Source of the DNA: Myxococcales bacterium
GTDB taxonomy: Bacteria; Myxococcota_A; Polyangia; Polyangiales; Polyangiaceae
Assembly: GCA_043747615.1 (NCBI GenBank)
Contig: JAYTOU010000089.1
Coordinates: 1-29,801 of the forward strand
DNA: 29,801 bases
Direction of reading: 5' to 3'
Shown: positions 19,214 to 26,360 of the stretch, one piece after another
Layout: each line of letters begins with the position of its first letter
Numbering within the stretch: position 1 is the stretch's first letter
Notes under the pieces: model-generated
What the model saw: only the letters and a program-made list of their open reading frames with translations
What the model was told of the DNA's origin: nothing
Database searches by the model: none
Program-made: the position numbers and the translations under genes

Positions 19214-19231
19214 TGTCACACGCCTGTGACA
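19214..19231. promoter_or_regulatory. Palindrome, candidate transcription-factor operator in the divergent dapA / DUF3570 region
   Basis: Perfect inverted repeat TGTCACA-CGCC-TGTGACA, 31 nt upstream of the first ATG of the DUF3570 gene. Confidence 0.5.
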
Positions 19232-19262
19232 TACGCCTTTCTTCGGCTGCCCAAGAGAAGGT

Positions 19263-21401
19263 ATGGTCATGCGCGTGATACGCCTCAGCCGCCGCAGCAT
19301 GGCTCTTGCCGCGCTCCTCGGTCTCTTCATCGCCTCGTTGTTCGTCGCGCCGCCCGCGGCTGCGGCAGGCTCCGACGTCGCCGTGTCGAACTCCGTTCAG
19401 TCGATCCTGGCGAACGACGTCCCCAACGCGAACTATGGGGACGCTCGGCGGAAATTGAAAGCTCTCGCCGAGAAGTGCAAGCGCGGCTGCAGCCCGCAGA
19501 CGGTCGCGAAGATCGATGTCGCGCTGGCCGTCGTCGCTGCTCAAATCGGTCAGACAGAGGAGGCAAAGGCCCTCTTTGCTGGTGCGATCGCGCTCGACAG
19601 GAACGTCGACCTGCCCGGCGTCGCGTCCCCCGCCGCGACGGCCATGTACACCGAAGCGAAGACGGCCGCGCCGACGACCAAGGCTCCGCTCCCGGCCGCC
19701 CTCGAGAACAAGGACAAGCGCGCCGCGGAGCTGGTGGTGGCGGCTACGACCGCCGCGCTCGCCGGCAACAGCGACGTTTGCATTCAGAAGGCCACCGAGT
19801 CGCTCGCGATCGAAGAGCAGCCGCGAACGCGCCTGATCTTGGCAGGGTGCGATCAGAACGCCGGCAAGTTGCTCGACGCTCTTCGCGAGTCCAAGAAGGC
19901 TCTCGAAGCGGGCATCCAGAAGCGTGACGTGCCGCTCGCGCGCGAGGCCGCGGGGCGCGTCGAGGAGCTTCTGAAGCGGGTTCCGCACGTGACGTTCGCC
20001 CCTCCGACCACCGGCGGTGTGACCGAGATGAAGACGACGTTCGACGACAAGCCCGTTCCCCCGGAGAGCTGGAACAAGCCTTTCTCGGTCGATCCGGGCA
20101 CGCACAAGATCCATGCGGAAGGCATGGCGAACAACATCAAGCTCGTCTTCGACCAGAGCCTAGAATTCAAAGACACACAGTCGCTCACCGTGCGCATCAC
20201 GCTGAAGCCCGAGTCGCCGAAGTTCCTCACGGAAGGCCAGATGATCTGCATGCGCACCGCGCAGAGCCAGGACGAGGTCGCCAAGTGTCTACCCGACGCG
20301 AAGCCGCCGATCGTCGTGCGGGTGGGCGTCGCCATGAGCGCCTACGGCGACACCACGGCGACCCGCGTTTACAGCCCGTCCCTCAGCGCGGCGGTGACCT
20401 CACCCACCGCCGGATGGAACGTCGGCGCGTCGTACCTCATCGACGTCGTCTCCTCGGCCTCGCCCGACATCGTCTCGACTGCCTCCCGAAATTTTCACGA
20501 CACTCGACACGCTGTCTCCGTCCGCGGCGGTTACAAGCCGGCCCGTTTCGGATTCGACGCCGCGGCCAGTTATTCCGCCGAGAGCGACTACATTTCTCGC
20601 TCCGCGCATATTGGCGTCCTCGGGGATTTCGCGAACAAGCAATTCAGCCCGCGGCTCGGTCTCGGTCACACCTCGGACACTCTCGGCCGCGCCGGGCAAG
20701 GCTTCAACGACTACAGCCACGGATTCTCGATCAACGACATCGACCTCGGGGCGACGTTCGTCTTGTCCGCCAAGTCGATCGCGGCAATCGGGCTCTCCGG
20801 CGCATTCGAGCGCGGCGATCAGTCGAAGTCGTACCGCCTGATCCCGATGTTCGGGAACGACGTCAACGTTCCTCTTGCGGCCAGCGTCAGCAGCGTCAAC
20901 GCAAACCGTCTTCCCTTAAGGCCTTACGAGCAGCTTCCCTTGGCGCGCGATCGCTACGCGCTGGCCGGGCTCTACGCCACCCGCGCGGGACGAGCCACGC
21001 TTCGCGTCGAGGAGCGGATCTACCGCGACTCCTGGGCTGTGCTCGCGTCCACGACGGACGCTCGTTACATCTACGATCTTACGCCGCGCCTAAGCGTCTG
21101 GCCGCATGCGCGTCTCCACGCCCAGACGGGCGCAAGCTTCTATGAGCGCGCTTACCACGCGGAGATCGCGCCGGTCGTTCAAGTGCCGACCTACCGCACC
21201 ACGGATCGCGAGCTGAGCCCCTTTTTGGCAGTGACCCTGGGTGGCGGCGCGCGCTTGAATCTTTCGCCGCCGAGCGCACGCTTTCGCTATGCCCTCACGG
21301 CCACCGGTGACGCGCTCGGTGCGCGCTACTTGAATGCGGTCTATATTCGGGATCGCATCGCCATCTATGGAAGCTTGGGGTTCGAGGCAGAGTTCGAATG
21401 A
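19263..21401 (+). CDS. Outer-membrane DUF3570-family beta-barrel fused to N-terminal TPR-like and PEGA-like domains
   Basis: Signal peptide, helical Ala-rich N-half and FSVDPGTHKIHAEG (PEGA-like). The C-half has DUF3570 hallmarks DVVSSASPDIVSTAS, SAESDYISRS, EQLP..RDR and RIYRDSWAV, with alternating beta strands ending GFEAEFE. The exact start is uncertain (19263, 19269 or 19299). Confidence 0.75.
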   Translation: MVMRVIRLSRRSMALAALLGLFIASLFVAPPAAAAGSDVAVSNSVQSILANDVPNANYGDARRKLKALAEKCKRGCSPQTVAKIDVALAVVAAQIGQTEEAKALFAGAIALDRNVDLPGVASPAATAMYTEAKTAAPTTKAPLPAALENKDKRAAELVVAATTAALAGNSDVCIQKATESLAIEEQPRTRLILAGCDQNAGKLLDALRESKKALEAGIQKRDVPLAREAAGRVEELLKRVPHVTFAPPTTGGVTEMKTTFDDKPVPPESWNKPFSVDPGTHKIHAEGMANNIKLVFDQSLEFKDTQSLTVRITLKPESPKFLTEGQMICMRTAQSQDEVAKCLPDAKPPIVVRVGVAMSAYGDTTATRVYSPSLSAAVTSPTAGWNVGASYLIDVVSSASPDIVSTASRNFHDTRHAVSVRGGYKPARFGFDAAASYSAESDYISRSAHIGVLGDFANKQFSPRLGLGHTSDTLGRAGQGFNDYSHGFSINDIDLGATFVLSAKSIAAIGLSGAFERGDQSKSYRLIPMFGNDVNVPLAASVSSVNANRLPLRPYEQLPLARDRYALAGLYATRAGRATLRVEERIYRDSWAVLASTTDARYIYDLTPRLSVWPHARLHAQTGASFYERAYHAEIAPVVQVPTYRTTDRELSPFLAVTLGGGARLNLSPPSARFRYALTATGDALGARYLNAVYIRDRIAIYGSLGFEAEFE

Positions 21402-21985
21402 GAGCCGCAACCAAAACCGCAGTCTTGTACGCGTTGACGATCGCGGTCGTGAGCATGCTCTCGAGCTGCAGCGCGGATCCCGTCCAAGCCGATGGGATCA
21501 AAGCGCTCGGCAACGAGAAGGGAACCGCAAACGAGTTCCATCGTGCCGGTCAGCCCTGCGGGATCTGTCACCAGAGTGGTGGCTCGGCCACGAGCGATTT
21601 CAGCGTCTCGGGAACGGTGTTCGCGAGCTCGGACTCTCTCGTCGGCGTGGAAGGTGCGCGGGTCGATCTCGTGGATGCAAACAAGACCAGCCCGCCTGCG
21701 AGCATGCCGCTCCTGACCAACTGCGTCGGCAATTTTTTCGTTCTGCGAACCGATTGGAATCCCGCGTTTCCGATCGCGGTCCGCGTGACGAAGGGCGGCG
21801 TATCGCGCGCCATGCAGAGCCCGATCAACCGCGCGGGATCGTGCGCTGAATGCCACAAAGCGCAGGTGCCGCTCACGGATCCCTTCGGCACCGTGAGACC
21901 GGTGTTCGTCTTTGGTGCCGACGGCGATCCTGTCGGCAAGGCGAAGACATGCGATCGCGACCCCGATCTCGGAGTAGCCAAGTGA
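21398..21985 (+). CDS. Diheme c-type cytochrome lipoprotein
   Basis: Lipobox LSSC; HRAGQPCGICH (CxxCH at 21557-21571) and CAECH (21842-21856) flank a beta-rich segment. ATGA overlap with the barrel gene. Confidence 0.8.
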   Translation: MRAATKTAVLYALTIAVVSMLSSCSADPVQADGIKALGNEKGTANEFHRAGQPCGICHQSGGSATSDFSVSGTVFASSDSLVGVEGARVDLVDANKTSPPASMPLLTNCVGNFFVLRTDWNPAFPIAVRVTKGGVSRAMQSPINRAGSCAECHKAQVPLTDPFGTVRPVFVFGADGDPVGKAKTCDRDPDLGVAK

Positions 21986-22554
21986 TGAGGCGCAACGTCA
22001 AGCGAGCCGCGCGCGGCGCTCAAGTCGTCTTCTTGGTGGGCTGCGCTGCAGCTGCCGCGTGCGCCGATAGTCCGAGCTCCAAAGACGCAATTCCTACGAT
22101 GGCGATTACCGGTCCGGCCGGTGTTCCGCCCGGAGCCGACCCCACCGCGTTCCGCACCGTGGAGCCGGTGTTCGAGCGCCGTTGCGGCTCGCTCGACTGC
22201 CACGGGACGCTGGCCCGCGGTCTGCGGATCTACAGTACGAACGGTCTGCGAGTCCCCAACGAGGCGGGCATCTTGCCGGGCTCGGGTGCCACGACCGCCG
22301 ACGAGTTCAATGCCAACTACGCATCGCTCATTGGGTTAGAGCCCGAGAAGATGAACACGTTTCTCGCCACGAGCCCACGCACCGCCGACGATGCGTACAA
22401 GCTTGTCATCCTCTCGAAGCCGCTCGAGCTCGAGAGGCACAAAGGTGGCCCAGCGCTCACCAAAGGTGAGCCCGCCGAGCAGTGCATCACCACGTGGCTC
22501 GTCGGAACGAAGCTCGATCCCGTTCTTTGTGCGACGGGCGCCAAGCCTCTCTGA
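21985..22554 (+). CDS. Putative monoheme cytochrome c lipoprotein with CxxxxCH motif
   Basis: ATG 21985 overlaps the upstream TGA; signal ending AAAC; VEPVFERRCGSLDCHG (motif 22183-22203), then KPL....HKGG (candidate distal His) and ITTWL, a planctomycete-cytochrome-c-like layout. Confidence 0.7.
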   Translation: MRRNVKRAARGAQVVFLVGCAAAAACADSPSSKDAIPTMAITGPAGVPPGADPTAFRTVEPVFERRCGSLDCHGTLARGLRIYSTNGLRVPNEAGILPGSGATTADEFNANYASLIGLEPEKMNTFLATSPRTADDAYKLVILSKPLELERHKGGPALTKGEPAEQCITTWLVGTKLDPVLCATGAKPL

Positions 22555-22588
22555 TCCGGTCACCACGCGCTCGAGCGTCAGTCAGGCG

Positions 22589-23341
22589 TCAGTGGATGCT
22601 CTTGTCCAACTGCGAGTTCGCCATTTGCTGAATTCGGCGCATCTCGTCCATCTCGTTCGCCGTGGCGGCGCCAACGGGCGGGGTCTTCGGATCGGGTTTC
22701 GGCTCGGCCCCTTTGGCGGCAACAGGCGGCGCCGGCTTGTCCGCGGCAGCGTGGTGCCTCTCCGGCGCGCGTTCCGGGTTCTTCTCGACTGGCTTCGCGA
22801 CAACAGGAGGTGCGGCCACCGACCCCTCTGCGGGTGAGCCGGGAAGGAGCACGACGGGCTCGGTGAAGACAAAGCCCGCTCCCGTTGCTGGCGCCTGGGG
22901 GGCGACTACGGATGCAGGTGCGACAGTGGCAACGGACGGAGGTGGCTGTGCCGACGCGGCGGCCTGCGGCTTCGGGATCAAGGCGAGGACGCCCATCACG
23001 CTCGCGAACACCACCACACCAACGCCTGCGACGACTGTCATTTTGACCGGGGTGCGGAGGAGCGACGTGCTCGCCGACGCCCGAGCAGGTTCCTTCGCGG
23101 TAGTCACGACGGCGGCGACCGAGCCCGCCGAGGCGCGCGTGTCCGACTGCTCTTTCGTCGCTTGCTCCACCATACTGCGCAACTTCCCCACGCTGAAGGG
23201 GCGCACGCGCGTCGGAGCGTCCATCTGCGGGGGCGCCTTGGATCCCTCGTCGGACAGCACGGGCCCGCCGTCGCCATCCAACTTCATGACGCTCTTCTTC
23301 ACCGTGATGAAATCAGGACGCGACGCAAACTTCATATTCAT
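22589..23341 (-). CDS. Hypothetical single-pass membrane protein with Pro/Ala-rich extracytoplasmic region
   Basis: One hydrophobic segment (VVAGVGVVVFASVMGVLALI), then a low-complexity P/A/K linker and a short C-terminal helix. It fills the gap between plus-strand genes. Confidence 0.6.
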   Translation of the reverse strand: MNMKFASRPDFITVKKSVMKLDGDGGPVLSDEGSKAPPQMDAPTRVRPFSVGKLRSMVEQATKEQSDTRASAGSVAAVVTTAKEPARASASTSLLRTPVKMTVVAGVGVVVFASVMGVLALIPKPQAAASAQPPPSVATVAPASVVAPQAPATGAGFVFTEPVVLLPGSPAEGSVAAPPVVAKPVEKNPERAPERHHAAADKPAPPVAAKGAEPKPDPKTPPVGAATANEMDEMRRIQQMANSQLDKSIH

Positions 23342-23489
23342 ATCGTTCCACGAAGCAGCTTGCGGACCAACGATAATGTTCTGCGTTTTGTAAGGCGCAG
23401 CTTACCCACATCGGGGGCGCGTCGCCGCTTCGCTGGGGGCCATCGACCACGCGAATCAACGGGGGTGTCCATAATTTTTTCCGTTGGGC

Positions 23490-23505
23490 TGGCACATGGG
23501 GTGCT
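23490..23505 (+). promoter_or_regulatory. Candidate sigma-54 (-24/-12) promoter for the 23519 cytochrome lipoprotein
   Basis: TGGCACATGGGGTGCT matches TGGCACR-N4-TTGCW at all but one defined position, with exact GG-N10-GC spacing, 13 nt before the ATG. Confidence 0.55.
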
Positions 23506-23518
23506 ACCTATTTCTGCG

Positions 23519-24058
23519 ATGGTTAACCGACCCGCTCGAAACGTCACCGTCGTCGTCCTCACGGGACTCGGCATCGCATTGCTCGCGCTCGGCCCGGCGT
23601 GCTCGAACGAGCCCGACGTGACCTATGGTAAGCCGGGTCTGCTTACGAAAGAGGCACTCCCCGGCGAAGCGGGCGCAGAGCCGCTCCTGTGTTCCGGAGA
23701 CGCAGGAGCAGACGGCGGACCCTGCTCGGTGTCTTGGAAGAAGGACATCTTTCCGAAGATGGTCGGAGCGTGGACGTGTGCTTCTTCGAACTGCCATGCG
23801 CCTGGAAACAAGCAGGCCCCGGCGATCGACCCCGCCAATGAGAACGACGCGTACACCAGCCTTACCGGCTACAAAATGTCGACGAAGCCGCTTTTGAGCT
23901 ACATCGACACGGGGGGTGATCCCGCGAAATCGTCGATCGAGTGCAACCTCGGCGGCGGATGCAATCCGACGATGCCCATCGGAAATGGCGCGCCTCTCAC
24001 GCAGGTCGAGCGCTGCGAGCTCCACTCGTGGCTCAAGTGCGGCGCGCCGAATAATTAG
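23519..24058 (+). CDS. Putative monoheme cytochrome c lipoprotein with CxxxxCH motif
   Basis: Start ATG 23519; signal ending LGPAC; VSWKKDIFPKM...CASSNCH (23777-23797), GDPAKSSI, MP (candidate Met ligand) and LHSWLKCGAPNN, a planctomycete-cytochrome-c-like pattern. Confidence 0.75.
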   Translation: MVNRPARNVTVVVLTGLGIALLALGPACSNEPDVTYGKPGLLTKEALPGEAGAEPLLCSGDAGADGGPCSVSWKKDIFPKMVGAWTCASSNCHAPGNKQAPAIDPANENDAYTSLTGYKMSTKPLLSYIDTGGDPAKSSIECNLGGGCNPTMPIGNGAPLTQVERCELHSWLKCGAPNN

Positions 24059-24066
24059 TCGAGCCG

Positions 24067-24801
24067 CTAACCGCCTTGGGGGCTCGTTGGGATCGCGCGG
24101 TATTGCTCGCGGATGACGACGCCGGTGGCGCCGAGATTCGTGGCGGTGAGGTCCACGGCCAGATCGCGGAAACGGTATTCGAACGCCGCGCGCGTGTAGG
24201 GCTCAGCGAGTGATTCCGCGGTGGGCATCGGGCTCGGTGTGGGCGGGCCGAAGTCGGTCGCCAGCTTGCGCGACGCTTCTTCGAAGTAGCGGACGGCTTG
24301 GTCGGCCGGTGCCCCTTCATGCATTGCGTCGACCGCCATCAGCACGTCATGTGTGTCGAAGCGAAAGAAGACGTCCGAGAAAGCGAGACCCGAAGCGGGA
24401 GCCCGAACCGCTTGCGACGCGACGCCCTTGCAGCGCACCGCAGCGCCCTTCATCTCTTCCGAGCACGTTGCGCCCGAGGCTCTTGCCCAGTCCATCACTT
24501 CCGACTTCGTGGACTCGCCGAGTGTGAAACGCAGCGCGCTGTGACCCGCCGCAATGCGATCGGTACGAAGCGCCATGACAGCCTCGCCCCTCGTTTTTTC
24601 GAGCTCGGCAGGCGTCGCGCGGGCAAATGCCGCCGGACATCCTCCCGCGGCGGCGAGAAGGGATCGTGCGAAGGGAAGATGCGCGAGCCCGATCAGACCG
24701 ACCGTCAGGAGCGGCAAGCCAACCGCGACGGCGATGCGACGCCGCGTGAAGCGCCATTCAAAGCGCCCGACGCTGCGCGGGCTATCAGCCAGGTCCCGCA
24801 T
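24067..24801 (-). CDS. Hypothetical exported or membrane-anchored protein, third gene of the globin operon
   Basis: FTRRRIAV followed by a hydrophobic segment, then GGCP and a C-x10-C pair. Overlaps the upstream globin gene by 17 nt. Confidence 0.6.
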   Translation of the reverse strand: MRDLADSPRSVGRFEWRFTRRRIAVAVGLPLLTVGLIGLAHLPFARSLLAAAGGCPAAFARATPAELEKTRGEAVMALRTDRIAAGHSALRFTLGESTKSEVMDWARASGATCSEEMKGAAVRCKGVASQAVRAPASGLAFSDVFFRFDTHDVLMAVDAMHEGAPADQAVRYFEEASRKLATDFGPPTPSPMPTAESLAEPYTRAAFEYRFRDLAVDLTATNLGATGVVIREQYRAIPTSPQGG

Positions 24802-25480
24802 CTACGGGTCCCGTGTCAGTTCCCGAGTCGACGGGCCCAGTGTCACTTCCGCCGTCGATCGGAGGGGGCGGGGGGGCCATCAGGCAGACGGAGGCGGGCG
24901 TGCAGATGCATTTCGGATTTCCCCGATCGCCGTTGTTGACGTTCCGCGCTTGCGTGATTTGGGTGACGATGGCGCCGATGTCAGTCGTGATCAGCCCAGG
25001 CTGCGTTTTTAGCGAAGCGACGAAGACGTCCGCGAACGCGGTCTGATCGTCCGCCGTGATGTTCAGGTTGTCGTGGGCGTCTTGCATGCTCTTGCAGACC
25101 ACACCGGCTTTGTCTTTAGAGCCCGAATACTGGGCGCCCGGACAAACGAGAACCTCGTTCAGATAGTTCTCCATGCAATCAGACATGTGAGCTTTTTGCT
25201 TGACGCTCAACCCCGTGAAATAGGGACCGATCCGGCAGTCCGCCGCGAGTCGCGTCATCGCATCGGCGTTGATCGCGACGATGCCGCTCGGGCCACCCGC
25301 CCGTCCACACGCGCCTTGCAGACCGCTATCACCCGCGGTGATTCGAGTCCCACTGTCCGTGGTGTTCGACACCGTTGTTACTTCGTTGGTGCCGGTGAAC
25401 TGACATGCAATCGCGCCGAGCGCGAGTGACGCGGCGACGACGACGCGGGAAGCACGGGGCGATCTCAGCCGGGTCATCAT
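24785..25480 (-). CDS. Lipoprotein with a divergent group I truncated hemoglobin (2/2 globin) domain, paralog B
   Basis: Signal ending GAIAC; RAGGPSGI (AB Gly-Gly), DCRIGPYF (CD1 Phe), QYSG, SMQDAHDNLNIT (proximal His F8, codon 25073-25075), then AFADVFVASL. Confidence 0.75.
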   Translation of the reverse strand: MMTRLRSPRASRVVVAASLALGAIACQFTGTNEVTTVSNTTDSGTRITAGDSGLQGACGRAGGPSGIVAINADAMTRLAADCRIGPYFTGLSVKQKAHMSDCMENYLNEVLVCPGAQYSGSKDKAGVVCKSMQDAHDNLNITADDQTAFADVFVASLKTQPGLITTDIGAIVTQITQARNVNNGDRGNPKCICTPASVCLMAPPPPPIDGGSDTGPVDSGTDTGPVDAGPG

Positions 25481-26163
25481 CCGCCCTCGGTGGGAGCATC
25501 CGAAGCGGCGTCTGCGTCGAGGCCGGCGTCAGGTACCGCTTGGCATCCCATGCACGTTGCAGGATAGCACATGGCATTGCCCCGCTTCTGCCCGTTGTAG
25601 ACGCCAGGTTGCCCGTTCAAAATTCCCAGAACGGCGTTGCGCCCTTCCGTCGGAACTTTGGCTGCCGAGAGCGCTGCAACGACGTCCTCTTGGAACGCGC
25701 TGTAGTCGTCTTTCGTGAGCTTGAGGCCGATGTGCGCTTCGGGAATGGGCTTGCAGTCCGCGCCCATCGAGTCCTTCGCGTTTAGGTACGTGATCTTCGC
25801 CCCGGTGCTGTCTTTGCACTCGGCGGAGGCCGCCAAAAACGTCTGCATGCAGTCGGCGTGGTGCAGCTTTTCCGCGGCGGTGAGCGCCGTGAAGTACGGG
25901 CCGATACGGCAGTCGCTCTCGAGCTTGGTGATGATGCCGGTCGTGCTCGTCTGCACTCCTGCGTAGCCACCGAGCACATCGCAGAGCGGCTTCACCGTCG
26001 CCGCTTCTTGAGCGACGCTGGTGTCGGTGCTCGAGCCATCGGCGTGGTTGCCGTTGTAAGGAGTGACCTGGTCGTTCGTCGAGCTGCACGCAGGGGCGAG
26101 GATCGTCATCGCCAGTCCAACTCCCGCAAGGCCAGCCCCGCACCATCGACGTGTCGTCATCAT
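25477..26163 (-). CDS. Lipoprotein with a divergent group I truncated hemoglobin (2/2 globin) domain, paralog A
   Basis: RBS AGGAGG; signal ending LAPAC; PLCDVLGG (like SLYERLGG), DCRIGPYF, and PEAHIGLKLTKDDYSAFQEDVVAALSAAKVP (proximal His codon 25732-25734, G/H helices). Confidence 0.8.
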   Translation of the reverse strand: MMTTRRWCGAGLAGVGLAMTILAPACSSTNDQVTPYNGNHADGSSTDTSVAQEAATVKPLCDVLGGYAGVQTSTTGIITKLESDCRIGPYFTALTAAEKLHHADCMQTFLAASAECKDSTGAKITYLNAKDSMGADCKPIPEAHIGLKLTKDDYSAFQEDVVAALSAAKVPTEGRNAVLGILNGQPGVYNGQKRGNAMCYPATCMGCQAVPDAGLDADAASDAPTEGG

Positions 26164-26307
26164 TTAGTTCTTCCTCCTGTAACAAAGTGTCGGGGACGCG
26201 CGGGAATGAACTTCGTGACGCGGCGCCTCCCAACACCGCTGCAAGCCGCGCACCGCCGACGAAAGCACGTGTTGCCCCGAGCAGGTTGGAGTCCTACATC
26301 GTGCACG

Positions 26308-26326
26308 TTGTTACATAATTGTTGCA
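26308..26326. promoter_or_regulatory. Tandem direct repeat with 11-bp period in the divergent globin / secreted-protein intergenic region
   Basis: TTGTTACA (26308-26315) TAA TTGTTGCA (26319-26326). The same octamer TTGTTACA is on the minus strand at 26178-26185. Confidence 0.45.
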
Positions 26327-26360
26327 GCGGCATGACATTCGCTTCTAGGCACCAAACACG

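Noticed and set aside
25540..25570. CMGC near the globin A C-terminus as a heme c site
   Set aside because: It is followed by Gln, not His, and the paralog has different Cys spacing; disulfides are more likely.
26140..26163. TRRW in globin A as a Tat signal
   Set aside because: It lacks the F-L-K part of the consensus and paralog B has no twin Arg, so the export route cannot be called by eye.
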